Shown: positions 17,286 through 28,360, counted from the first letter of the stretch. The stretch is DNA of 41,951 nt from a bacterium (GCA_046757025.1 JBHHXN010000027.1:1-41951); one strand, 5' to 3'. Notes: a model not told the origin generated them from the letters alone. Translations and numbers: made by a program.

Positions 17286-18026
17286 TTACTTGCCTCGTCC
17301 TTTATATTTTCTACCACGACTTTTTATTTTGTGTTTTCTCAACAAATCCTCTTCCTCATTCTCCAACGCTTTTAAAATTCGTTCGGCATCCTCTTTGGAA
17401 ATTTCCTTTTCTTCGCCAGTCATCTGCTGTTCCTGCTGTTGCTCCTGCTGCGGGTTCTCCTCGTCGTCGTGGGTTTGGGGTGGTTCTTGCGGTTGTTGCT
17501 GCTGTTCAGAATTTTCATTCTGGTTCGATTCATTTTGCTGTTGTTGTTGTTGTTGTTGTTGCTGTTGATTGGGATTCTGCTGCTGTTTTTGGGCCTCATC
17601 CTTTATTTTGGCGCGTACAAACTCTAAATTGAATTTAGCGTCTTCATCATCCGGGTTCAGCTCTAAAGCTTTTTTATACATGAAAATGCTGGAGTCCAAA
17701 CGGCCAATTTTATAATAGGCGTTTCCCATATTGTAATAGCTTTTGGATTGCAACAAAATATCGTCTGTTACCAGCGCCTTCCCGAATGACTTTAGCGCTT
17801 CCTGGTAATTTTTCTTTTTATAGAGCACGTCGCCGATATTGAAATGGATGATCGGTGAAGTTGGGTCTTCCAGCAAAGCGTCGCGATATTTGTTGTTAGC
17901 TTCGTCGTATTTCTCCTGCTGGTACAATTCATTCCCCTGCTTGACTTTTTTGCGGCCGGCCTGAGCAAAAGCTACGCTGGCAGCCAATTGAAAAACAACC
18001 ATCACTAAGATCACGTTTCGCAACAT
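17286..18026 (-). CDS. batC: BatC-like TPR protein with poly-Gln linker
   Basis: TPRs, DAKFNLE, Q-rich linker, SKEDAERILKALENEE. Start moved from 18062 to ATG 18026 (GGGAG RBS, clean signal peptide, no overlap with batB). Confidence 0.88.
   Translation of the reverse strand: MLRNVILVMVVFQLAASVAFAQAGRKKVKQGNELYQQEKYDEANNKYRDALLEDPTSPIIHFNIGDVLYKKKNYQEALKSFGKALVTDDILLQSKSYYNMGNAYYKIGRLDSSIFMYKKALELNPDDEDAKFNLEFVRAKIKDEAQKQQQNPNQQQQQQQQQQQNESNQNENSEQQQQPQEPPQTHDDEENPQQEQQQEQQMTGEEKEISKEDAERILKALENEEEDLLRKHKIKSRGRKYKGRGK
17535..17567 (-). repeat. Poly-Gln tract (11 codons, including 7 consecutive CAA)
   Basis: TTG CTG (TTG)x7 CTG TTG on the plus strand, inside batC. Confidence 0.9.
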
Positions 18027-18045
18027 TCTTGTCTCCCTGGTGTTC

Positions 18046-19083
18046 TCATTCAAATCGGCCACGCCATTCTTGACGGAGCTTCACACATTCCGGGATGATT
18101 AGCTCAACCATGAATAAGACAATCGCAATTAACAGTACAAATTGGAAACGTTCTTCATACTGTGAAAATTTCATGGATGCCAGTTCTTTTTTTTCCATTT
18201 TGGTGATTTCTTCATAAACCTTTTCTAATTTGGTCTCGCCGGTTGTAGATTGATAATATTTGCCATCAGCAGTCAACGCAATCTTCTCAAGCGTGTAATG
18301 ATCAATTTTGGTTAAATCGACTTCACCTTGATCGTTTTTGTAAAAACCAACCGGCTTGCCGGTTTCGTCGTGCAGTGGAATAGGCACCCCCGCTGGTGAG
18401 CCCATACCGACGGTGTAAATGACTATCCCTTCTTTAATGGCTTGCCGGGTAGCATCGAGCGGATCTTTATCAGTCTGGTCCTGTTCCCCGTCGGTGATCA
18501 GTACCAGCACTTTGTATTTCCGTTCCTGTCGTTCAAAGGATTTGACCGCCAGCTCGATGGCCGAACTCAAATCGGTACCCGGGTCTTCGATGAGCTCCGG
18601 CACCATGATTTCCAGAAAGGTTTTGGCGGCGCCGTAATCCAGCGTTAAGGGGCATTGCAGAAACGCATCGCCGGCAAAAGCGATGAGCCCGATGCGATCC
18701 CCCTCCATCAAATCGATAAATTGGGATATTTCGTGTTTGGCTTTGGCCAGCCGATTCGGTTTGATGTCTTCCGCTAGCATGGAATACGACACATCCAGCG
18801 CCACGATCACATCCACGCCGGCTCTGTGCACTTCTTCGAGACGGGTACCGATCTGCGGACGCGCCAGAGCCAGCGTGATAAAGGCCACGCCGAGAACGAT
18901 CAAGAACGCTTTGAATTTTTGTCGGCCGCGGCTGGTGTTTTGACTGAGCTTTTTGATTAAATCGAGATCGCCAAACCGCGCCAGAGCCCGGGTTTTCCAT
19001 TTAAATACAAAATAATAAAACCCGATAAAAATCGGCGCCAGCAAAAACAACGCAAAAAATTCACTATCGGCAAATCGCAGCAT
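18046..19083 (-). CDS. batB: BatB-like VWA domain protein
   Basis: ALARPQIG, MIDAS DVSYSM, PNRL, CPLTLDY, LITDGE. Confidence 0.9.
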   Translation of the reverse strand: MLRFADSEFFALFLLAPIFIGFYYFVFKWKTRALARFGDLDLIKKLSQNTSRGRQKFKAFLIVLGVAFITLALARPQIGTRLEEVHRAGVDVIVALDVSYSMLAEDIKPNRLAKAKHEISQFIDLMEGDRIGLIAFAGDAFLQCPLTLDYGAAKTFLEIMVPELIEDPGTDLSSAIELAVKSFERQERKYKVLVLITDGEQDQTDKDPLDATRQAIKEGIVIYTVGMGSPAGVPIPLHDETGKPVGFYKNDQGEVDLTKIDHYTLEKIALTADGKYYQSTTGETKLEKVYEEITKMEKKELASMKFSQYEERFQFVLLIAIVLFMVELIIPECVKLRQEWRGRFE

Positions 19084-19085
19084 TT

Positions 19086-20081
19086 TTACGGAATCTTTCT
19101 AAATTTGGTGTTGGTCAGGACCACTTCCAGAACAATTACCGCCAAAGCCAGAAACAAATAGTTTGTGAACAGCTCTTTAAATCGCGTAAACTGTTTGACT
19201 TCAATTTTCGTTTTTTCCAGCTCATCGATTTCTTTAAATATTTGATCCAGGCTTTCTTTGTCCGTGGCTCGAAAATATCTGGCGTTGGTGATTTTCGCGA
19301 CCTGTTTTAACATCTTCTCATCAATTTGTACTGGCATTCGCACATATCGTTTCCCAAAAATTGGATCGTCTACCGGATAAAGCGCTTCGCCGCGCTTGCC
19401 CACTCCCACCGCATAAATTCGGATATTAAACGCTGCTGCGACTTTGGCCGCGGTGATGGGATCCAATTCGCCGCGGTTATTTTGACCATCGGTTAAAAGT
19501 ATCACGACCTTGCTTTTGGCTTTACTGTCGCGCAGACGCATGGCGGCATTGGCGATGGCCATACCAATGGCCGTGCCGTCTTCGATCAGGCCGATTTCCA
19601 CTTCTTCGATGAAGTTCATCAAAATGCCGTAATCCATAGTGAGGGGACATTGCGTAAAACTTTTCGCTGCAAAAACCACCATGCCGATTCTATCATTTTG
19701 CCGGCCGCGAATAAAATCCGTGGCGACCACTTTCGCGGCTTCCAGGCGGTTATTCGGCTTAAAGTCTTCTGCCAGCATACTGCTGGAAATATCCATGGCC
19801 AGTACGATGTCGATCCCTTCTGTGATCACTTCTTCTTCGGTGCTGCCCGATTGCGGCCGGGCAAAACAGATGATCAACAGAGAAATGGCGAAAATTCTGA
19901 GCACAAAAATCAAATGACGATATCGTTTTTTGTTGGAGATTTTATCGATGCGGTTTATGACACTCAGATTTGAATAGCGCAGGGTTCCGCCTCGATTTCT
20001 ATTTTTTCTCAAATACCAGAAAACGAGAATTGGAATAAAAACAAATAAAACCAAAAATTCCGGATTAGCAAAACGAAACAT
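19086..20081 (-). CDS. batA: BatA VWA domain protein
   Basis: MFRFANP, ARPQ, EGIDIVLAMDISSSMLAEDFKPNNRL, DGTAIG, LLTDGQNNRG, YFRATD. Confidence 0.93.
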   Translation of the reverse strand: MFRFANPEFLVLFVFIPILVFWYLRKNRNRGGTLRYSNLSVINRIDKISNKKRYRHLIFVLRIFAISLLIICFARPQSGSTEEEVITEGIDIVLAMDISSSMLAEDFKPNNRLEAAKVVATDFIRGRQNDRIGMVVFAAKSFTQCPLTMDYGILMNFIEEVEIGLIEDGTAIGMAIANAAMRLRDSKAKSKVVILLTDGQNNRGELDPITAAKVAAAFNIRIYAVGVGKRGEALYPVDDPIFGKRYVRMPVQIDEKMLKQVAKITNARYFRATDKESLDQIFKEIDELEKTKIEVKQFTRFKELFTNYLFLALAVIVLEVVLTNTKFRKIP

Positions 20082-20083
20082 AC

Positions 20084-21112
20084 TTATTTCGGTTCCTCCA
20101 CATTCTCAACCATCAGATCTTCCTTTACTTCTTCGGAAGCCTCATCGAACGGTTTTTCCGCTTCACTTTGCTCTTCCTCAATGTCATAAATCAATTTTGA
20201 CTTTTCTACAATTTCAATGGCTTGTTGAAAAACAGCGCTGTGCTCCGCATCGTTTGGCTGGTATTTTGCAAATTTGACCAGATCGCACCTCTCCAGAAAG
20301 TCTTGAACCATTTCGACAAGCTCGGAATTACTTTCGGAAGCAGATAACATCTCTATCAATTCATGCGTGGTCAATTCCAGCGCAATGATAAAATAGCGTC
20401 CTTCAATATATTTTCGAATGATCTCAGATATTCGCACATAATATTCTTTGGTCTGCCCTTCTTGCAGGTAGGTAGATTGCTGCAGAGCCCGTAACTCATC
20501 CAGGGCGATTTCATGAGCTGGCCGGGGCGGCACAATTTTTTGTGGCAGCAAACCTTTGCCGGCCCTTTTTCTGCGCCAGATGTAAATCGAAACACCGGTC
20601 AAAATCAGGAAGGCCAAGGCAACGCTGCCCCAGACAATCCATTGCCGATAATCCAGTAAAATTTCCAAAACAGATTTGATATCGCGCACGTCCCCGGCTT
20701 CACTATCGAGCAAACTTTCAACGACAATTTTGAGTTTTTTGGTTTTCAAGGTGTGCTGGGTTGAATCTCCCGGTAAAGTGTAACGAAAGACCAATGGGGG
20801 GATTTCAAATTCTCCTACATCAAAAGTCGAAATCTCATACTCCACGCGTTCCACAATTTGACCTTCTTGCGATTCGGGCTCGAAGGTTTGATAATTGCGG
20901 ATTTCAAACTGGTCTAGATTGGCTGCCAGGCCCGGCATCTCCACTTGAACTTCGGGAGAGCGCATTACTACGATGGCATATTTCACCACATCACCGATGC
21001 GGATGGTGGATTTGTCCACATTGGAATCGATAGAAATGGTATTTTCCTGGCCCCGCAGCCCGAAGCTGCTCAACGCTAAAAAACAAAGTGCAATTTTAAT
21101 TTGATTGTGCAT
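20084..21112 (-). CDS. Bat-operon accessory membrane protein (beta-rich N-terminus, TM helix, helical C-terminus)
   Basis: ISTFDVGEFEIPP, DVRDIK, TM, PAHEIALDEL, KEYYVRISEIIRKYIE, ALELTTHE, DLVKFAKY; usual position before batA. Confidence 0.82.
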   Translation of the reverse strand: MHNQIKIALCFLALSSFGLRGQENTISIDSNVDKSTIRIGDVVKYAIVVMRSPEVQVEMPGLAANLDQFEIRNYQTFEPESQEGQIVERVEYEISTFDVGEFEIPPLVFRYTLPGDSTQHTLKTKKLKIVVESLLDSEAGDVRDIKSVLEILLDYRQWIVWGSVALAFLILTGVSIYIWRRKRAGKGLLPQKIVPPRPAHEIALDELRALQQSTYLQEGQTKEYYVRISEIIRKYIEGRYFIIALELTTHELIEMLSASESNSELVEMVQDFLERCDLVKFAKYQPNDAEHSAVFQQAIEIVEKSKLIYDIEEEQSEAEKPFDEASEEVKEDLMVENVEEPK

Positions 21113-21115
21113 AAA

Positions 21116-22048
21116 TCACTTCAATTTGTCTTCAAATATTTCAACAGCTTCTGCGCGAATCAATCGTTGAATGAGAAGATCGTACGCCTCCTTTTGTTTC
21201 TCGCGAATGACGTCCTGCATCACCGCGGTCTTGACTTCCTCGAACGGCCGCGTACCGATGACTTTTCCTTGATCGTCTTTTTGAGCATATTTATCTTTGT
21301 GAGCTTCGTAATACAGCTTGATATCCAATTCTTTCACATCCACTTCCTTGGAGATTTCTTCTTCCAATAGTTTTTGCACCATGAAGTTTTTCTTGGCCTG
21401 AAAAGAAGCCTCGATCACATCTTTATCCTTTTCCAGTCCCTGGCGTTTGGCGGAGTCGTAAAGCAGCTCCGTGGCAATGTATTGTTTCAGGAAATCAATT
21501 TTTTTACTGCGGTCCGAAAGCTGCGATTTCATGAAGGGCGGCATCTGGCTGATTTCAAACTCCAGATCGCCGGTGGTGATTTTTCTTTTGCCAATTTTGG
21601 CCACTACCGCGCCGGGCCGGTTCTTTTTTGCCTGGGTTGGGTCCAACAATGCGGCCTCTTCCATCACTTGCTGCGCATCGGCCGAGCGCTCCAAACGTTC
21701 CAGGCAGGCGACCATTTTTTTGTTGATTTCATCGATCAAAGGACTTTCGGGGTAGAAGTGTTTTACCTTCAAATAATAGGTCAGGGCATTTTCATAATCG
21801 CGCACTCTTTCGAAATAGATGTCGCCGATGACATAATTCAAATTGGCCGCTTCCGCATCTTCCAGGGGGTAGTTTTGTAAAATATGGTGGTACTCCGTGA
21901 TGGCCTGCTGATAAAGCTGGCGATTGTAAAGCGCATTGGCATAATCCCGCACTTTGGTCTGTTCGAATTTCGTCTGAGTTTCCTGTTGTTGACAACCCAA
22001 TGCTGCAATCAAAAACAAAAGCAAAAACGCAAATCGTTTCGTTTTCAT
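21116..22048 (-). CDS. TPR lipoprotein fused to a SurA/PrsA-type chaperone (NC) domain, no parvulin domain
   Basis: Lipobox ALGC; TPRs; VVAKIGKRKITTGDL...ELLYDSAKRQGLEKD...DIKLYYEAHKDKY...RPFEEVK...EKQKEAYDLLIQRL. Confidence 0.72.
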   Translation of the reverse strand: MKTKRFAFLLLFLIAALGCQQQETQTKFEQTKVRDYANALYNRQLYQQAITEYHHILQNYPLEDAEAANLNYVIGDIYFERVRDYENALTYYLKVKHFYPESPLIDEINKKMVACLERLERSADAQQVMEEAALLDPTQAKKNRPGAVVAKIGKRKITTGDLEFEISQMPPFMKSQLSDRSKKIDFLKQYIATELLYDSAKRQGLEKDKDVIEASFQAKKNFMVQKLLEEEISKEVDVKELDIKLYYEAHKDKYAQKDDQGKVIGTRPFEEVKTAVMQDVIREKQKEAYDLLIQRLIRAEAVEIFEDKLK

Positions 22049-22088
22049 GTTGAATCATCCTTTAATTTATATTTTATTGTCAACGCAA

Positions 22089-22967
22089 TTATCGAAATCG
22101 TTTCGCTCGCATGCGAAAAAAACGTATGAGCGGCTCAACATAAGAAACGTCGGTTCGAACATCGATCATGTCCACATTCATGGACCGCAGCAATTTATCT
22201 CTTTCGATTTTCGCAGTGGACGTTTGCGCTCGAAACGCGTCGCGAACTACGGAGTCCGTGGTATCCACCAGCAAGATTTCGCCGGTTTCCGCATCCTCCA
22301 ATTCAATGATGCCGACATCCGGCAGCTCGACTTCCCGGGGATCGGTGATGGTGATGGCCACTAAATCGTGTTTTTTGTTGGCAATTTGCAAGGCTTTCTG
22401 GTAGTCTGCGGAAATAAAATCCGACGCCAGAAAAACCACCGCCCGCCGATGGACCACCCGGCTCAAATATTCCAGCGCCAGGGCTATGTCGGTTTTTTTA
22501 CCCTGCGGCTCAAAATACAGCAATTCGCGTAATACTCGCAACACGTGAGATTTGCCTTTTTTCGGGGGCACATATTTTTCAATCTGATCGGTGAAAATGA
22601 TCAGCCCCACTTTGTCATTATTTTTTATGGCGGAAAAAGCCAGCAAAGCGCATATTTCCGTGGCGATTTCCCCTTTCATTTGTTTGACGGTGCCAAAATT
22701 CCCAGACGAGCTCACGTCCACCAGCAGCATGACCGTCAATTCGCGCTCTTCTTCAAACACTTTTACGAAAGGATGTCCCATACGGGCGGAAACATTCCAG
22801 TCGATGGTTCGGATGTCGTCCCCCAACTGGTACTCACGAACCTCCGAAAATTCCATCCCCCGGCCTTTGAAAACCGAATGGTACTCACCGGAAAAGACTT
22901 CGTTTACCAGTCCGCGAGTTTGAATTTCAATCCGTTTTACCTTTTTAAGAATTTCCTTTGGAATCAT
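22089..22967 (-). CDS. DUF58 domain protein (MoxR-associated)
   Basis: GEYHSVFKGRGMEFSEVREYQLGDDIRTIDWNVSAR, FEEEREL, DVSSS, LEDAETGE. Confidence 0.95.
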   Translation of the reverse strand: MIPKEILKKVKRIEIQTRGLVNEVFSGEYHSVFKGRGMEFSEVREYQLGDDIRTIDWNVSARMGHPFVKVFEEERELTVMLLVDVSSSGNFGTVKQMKGEIATEICALLAFSAIKNNDKVGLIIFTDQIEKYVPPKKGKSHVLRVLRELLYFEPQGKKTDIALALEYLSRVVHRRAVVFLASDFISADYQKALQIANKKHDLVAITITDPREVELPDVGIIELEDAETGEILLVDTTDSVVRDAFRAQTSTAKIERDKLLRSMNVDMIDVRTDVSYVEPLIRFFRMRAKRFR

Positions 22968-22969
22968 TT

Positions 22970-23959
22970 TTACGGTACTTCAATTTTATTCAGTACATTT
23001 CTTACCACGTCTTCGGAGGTCATTTCTTCGGCTTCGGCTTCATAAGTTACGATGATTCGGTGCCGTAAAACATCCATGCCGATGGAACGCACGTCTTCGG
23101 GCGTCACGTAGCCGCGGCGCCGCAGAAAAGCATGAGCTTTCGCCGCCTGATTCAGATAAATCGAAGCGCGGGGAGAAGCCCCAAACGCAACCAGGTCTTG
23201 AAGCTCTTCCAGGCCGTATTCTTTGGGATTACGCGTGGCAAAGACAATATCCAGAATGTACCGCTCCACTTTTTCATCCATATAAACTTCGTTTACCAGC
23301 GCGCGTGCCGAAACGATGGCTGCCGGATCGACTACCGCTTTGGTTTCGGGCACGGCCTGACCCGCCATCCGCCGCATAATTTCCAGCTCTTCCTCTTTGC
23401 TGGGGTAACCCACCGACAACTTTAACATAAATCGGTCGATCTGGGCTTCCGGCAGCGGATAGGTGCCCTCCTGTTCGATGGGATTTTGTGTGGCCAGCAC
23501 TAAAAACGGATCATCCAGTGGAAAAGTGGTATCGCCGATGGTGACCTGTCTTTCCATCATGGCTTCCAAAAGCGCGGACTGTACTTTGGCGGGTGAGCGA
23601 TTTATTTCATCCGCTAAAATTAAATTGGAAAAAATGGGGCCCTTTTTGGTGCGGAATTTGCCGTTACTCTGATCGTAGATCAAAGTGCCGATCAAATCGG
23701 CCGGAAGCAAATCCGGAGTAAATTGTAAACGTTGAAATTTAGTTTGAATGGTTGAGGAAAGGGTTTTGACCGCCATGGTTTTGGCTAATCCGGGCACGCC
23801 TTCCAGTAGTACATGGCCGTTGGCAAGCAACCCGATGAGTAAACGCTCTATCATGTACTTCTGGCCGACGATCACTTTTGCTACTTCATTGGTAATCTTT
23901 TCAACAAATTCACTTTCTTTTTTGATCTTCTCATTTATGGCTTGAATATCAACTGACAT
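22970..23959 (-). CDS. moxR: MoxR family AAA+ ATPase
   Basis: GHVLLEGVPGLAKT, QFTPDLLPAD, LADEINRSPAKVQSALLEAM, ATQNPIEQEGTYPLPEAQIDRF, GASPRA, VLRHR. Confidence 0.96.
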   Translation of the reverse strand: MSVDIQAINEKIKKESEFVEKITNEVAKVIVGQKYMIERLLIGLLANGHVLLEGVPGLAKTMAVKTLSSTIQTKFQRLQFTPDLLPADLIGTLIYDQSNGKFRTKKGPIFSNLILADEINRSPAKVQSALLEAMMERQVTIGDTTFPLDDPFLVLATQNPIEQEGTYPLPEAQIDRFMLKLSVGYPSKEEELEIMRRMAGQAVPETKAVVDPAAIVSARALVNEVYMDEKVERYILDIVFATRNPKEYGLEELQDLVAFGASPRASIYLNQAAKAHAFLRRRGYVTPEDVRSIGMDVLRHRIIVTYEAEAEEMTSEDVVRNVLNKIEVP

Positions 23960-23994
23960 CTACCCTCCTATTTTTAACGTTCTCAGCATATTAT

Positions 23995-24948
23995 TTATCC
24001 TTTCTCATTTGGCTCTGTCAACTCCAGTCTTTCGGACTTGTTTCTTTTCAGAATATCTTCGACTAACGTGTACACCCGTTCCAGCACGCCGTGTTCGACC
24101 TGACCGCCTGAAAATTTCGCGAAATCGCACGACCGCAAAACCTCGTCGGTATTTTGCAGGATAAGCTCGGGTACCGAACGAATCTTTAATTCTTCACCTA
24201 TCTCGTTGGAGGTGATTTCCAGGGCAGCAATTTGAAAGTGCTCCGAGAGATATTTTCTGAACAACCGGGATATGGCAGATAGCGCTTCTACCTGGTTGGG
24301 CGACTTCAGATCGATTTGCTGTTTCAGCTCCGAGAGATATTTTTCTTCAAGCGGAATTTGTTGCAGCTCCCGAGCTCTTAACTCCGCTTCCCGGACTTTT
24401 TTTCTTTTTAGGACCTGCACCCCCGCAAGCGACAAAGCGACCACCAGAATAAACAGCCCCCCACCGACATAATAGACTCGATAATCTTTTTCGATAATCG
24501 GCTCGATAACTTTGATTTCCAAACGATTGGTAAACAAACGACTGGATTTATCCAATATTTGATCTCGATAATCCACCATCACACCGTCGATGTAAGCCAT
24601 GCCAATTGCCACCGGTTTCAACACAAATTCATACGTTTTGCGCACTTGCTGCACTCCCGAAATTTCGCCTACCCAATTAGCGGTGGCATTGCTGACGACT
24701 TCTAAATTGCTTAAAACAGGACTTTCGATATTCTCAATCTCATATCGCTCTAAATCGCCCTGCCAGCTAACGACCACAGTGTAAGTCACGTTTCGGTTTT
24801 GGGGTACTTCTTTAGGCTCGACTTTTACCTCGGCTTTGATCATCCCTTCCGTGGACGCAGCCGCAGTAGCGGTAGAATCAAGGGTTTGCAAAAAACCGCT
24901 CTCTGCTGAAAGTAAGATCAAAAATATGGTTGTTAGTTGCATTCTCAT
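23995..24948 (-). CDS. Second Bat-accessory membrane protein, paralogous in architecture to 20084..21112
   Basis: Start moved from 25044 to ATG 24948 (GAGG RBS, signal peptide). C-terminus AISRLFRKYLSE...ALEITSNE...CDFAKFS parallels ISEIIRKYIE...ALELTTHE...CDLVKFA. Confidence 0.75.
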   Translation of the reverse strand: MRMQLTTIFLILLSAESGFLQTLDSTATAAASTEGMIKAEVKVEPKEVPQNRNVTYTVVVSWQGDLERYEIENIESPVLSNLEVVSNATANWVGEISGVQQVRKTYEFVLKPVAIGMAYIDGVMVDYRDQILDKSSRLFTNRLEIKVIEPIIEKDYRVYYVGGGLFILVVALSLAGVQVLKRKKVREAELRARELQQIPLEEKYLSELKQQIDLKSPNQVEALSAISRLFRKYLSEHFQIAALEITSNEIGEELKIRSVPELILQNTDEVLRSCDFAKFSGGQVEHGVLERVYTLVEDILKRNKSERLELTEPNEKG

Positions 24949-25045
24949 TGGCGCCTCAAAAAAATCGAATAAATATACTTTTGAGTTAAATAAAAGTTCC
25001 AGCAAAAACCAACTGCCGAAACCAGCAAAGAAAGGTCCAAACAAT

Positions 25046-25107
25046 AAAAAAGCCGAACTGAATTAACTTCGAAAAAGGTGGCTTTCTCGAGCTTAATACC
25101 ATCGGCT
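25046..25107 (-). terminator. Long-stem Rho-independent terminator
   Basis: Minus strand AGCCGA...ATTAAGCTCGAGAAAG-CCAC-CTTTTTCGAAGTTAAT...TCGGCT followed by TTTTT, 28 bp after the stop at 25136. Confidence 0.6.
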
Positions 25108-25135
25108 CATTTTTTTGACAAAACTTATTGAAATT

Positions 25136-25654
25136 TCAATTCACTTTTGCTTCGCCATTCGATTTATCTTTGCTAAAAATGTGCTGCAACTGCTCATTGA
25201 TATCTTGGCCTAAATGTTCCAGCTCCCACTTCACGCTTTCTGCCAGCTCGTTATCGGAATGATATTTCAAAAATTCAGTATAGGATTCGCGCGCCTGGTC
25301 ATAATCTTTTAAATCGTTAGCATAAATATATCCGATCATGAATCTGGCCTGGGTTACAAATCTGCTATCGGGATAATCGTGGATCAAGCGTTTGTGATTC
25401 TCAATGGCTTTGTCAAAAGCGTTTTTATTGTTGTAGTTGATGAAAGCAATTTTATGCAAGGCTTCATCGGCAAATTTCCCCTCCGGGAAGTTTTCCAACT
25501 GCTTTGTATAAATTTCTAACGCCTCCTCGTACTTTTCTTCCTGCTCCAGTTTCTGCGCCTGGCTACGCAAACTTTCTTCGGTTGCTTTATTGCCGCAATT
25601 TAAAATAAAAAAACCGATGAGCAATAAGGATACTGAAATTTTTAAATGCTTCAT
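25136..25654 (-). CDS. TPR lipoprotein (BamD/CpoB-like repeats)
   Basis: Lipobox ILNC, GGAGG RBS, TPRs of the type ENFPEGKFADEAL and DYPDSRFVTQARFMIG. Confidence 0.8.
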   Translation of the reverse strand: MKHLKISVSLLLIGFFILNCGNKATEESLRSQAQKLEQEEKYEEALEIYTKQLENFPEGKFADEALHKIAFINYNNKNAFDKAIENHKRLIHDYPDSRFVTQARFMIGYIYANDLKDYDQARESYTEFLKYHSDNELAESVKWELEHLGQDINEQLQHIFSKDKSNGEAKVN

Positions 25655-25690
25655 TTTTTCAACTCGCCTCCATTATTTTGACTGACCCAA

Positions 25691-25718
25691 ATTTTAATAA
25701 AAAATCACAAAAAAGCAA
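25691..25718 (-). promoter_or_regulatory. Possible sigma-70 promoter
   Basis: TTGCTT-N16-TAAAAT upstream of ATG 25654. Confidence 0.4.
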
Positions 25719-25794
25719 GCAGTTTTTTATCATCTAACCGGTTGAGGAATCAGCAAGTCTTAGCCACGGTCAGACTTCTAAATTTTTATCTATT

Positions 25795-25957
25795 TAGCGT
25801 TTGAACGAAAACTCGATTCTTTATGTCATTCCAGCGATCTCCCTGCTAAAGACATGCAGGGACAAACTTTGCGCTGGAATCTCCTCACTGCAGTCAGGCG
25901 ATTCCAGCTAAAAACTTGCAGGAATGACAAGATAAGGCTGTTTTCGGTTAATCACTA
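25795..25957. mobile_element. MITE-like element (family B, copy 2)
   Basis: Ends TAGCGTTTGAACGAAAAC / GTTTTCGGTTAATCACTA (TA at both ends); internal TGTCATTCCAGCG...CGCTGGAATC...GATTCCAGC...GCAGGAATGACA with an extra TCCCTGC/GCAGGGA hairpin. Confidence 0.78.
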
Positions 25958-26108
25958 AGAAAAAGATGCCTCCCGCCTGCTCCGAACAGATACCGAGGTG
26001 TTACTTAATCAAGCAACAGATACGCGAGTAGAATTCCTGCTCACTTGTCCGTCGTAAAAGGTTCGTGAGATTTAATGATGTATGACGGATTAAACTACCG
26101 CTCAAATT

Positions 26109-26131
26109 CAGGCCATTAATTCGATGGCCTG
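26109..26131 (-). terminator. Hairpin immediately after the dnaK stop codon
   Basis: CAGGCCAT-N7-ATGGCCTG; weak U-tract, so it may stabilise rather than terminate. Confidence 0.5.
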
Positions 26132-26132
26132 C

Positions 26133-28079
<1,947 letters not shown>

Positions 28080-28164
28080 CTACCATAAGATTCTGATTGG
28101 CACGAATCCAGTTGCATTCGTTATAACTTGCCAATATAACACAATTGTTTATTGCGCTCATTTT

Positions 28165-28180
28165 TGCAAACTCTATGCCA
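28165..28180 (-). promoter_or_regulatory. Sigma-54 (-24/-12) promoter of dnaK
   Basis: TGGCATAGAGTTTGCA, exact GG-N10-GC spacing, correct orientation. Confidence 0.78.
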
Positions 28181-28360
28181 CTGCACTTTTGTAAACAATG
28201 AGCAAGTATTTTCTATTTGATTTTATTGGCCTTATAAAACTAAAGGACGAAACCAAATAATTTCTACAAAATTGATTCTCAATGAAAACCTGCCACACTG
28301 ACAGACCATCACTTTCCTGAAAACGGCACCCCAGTACCAGTCATGGCCAACTTTTTTGCG

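Noticed and set aside
17535..17567. CAA microsatellite as a phase-variation switch
   Set aside because: Trinucleotide changes keep the frame, and Gln-rich linkers are normal in BatC.
28098..28116. Plus-strand TGGCAC...TTGCA resembling a sigma-54 promoter
   Set aside because: GG-N13-GC spacing is wrong and it points away from dnaK.
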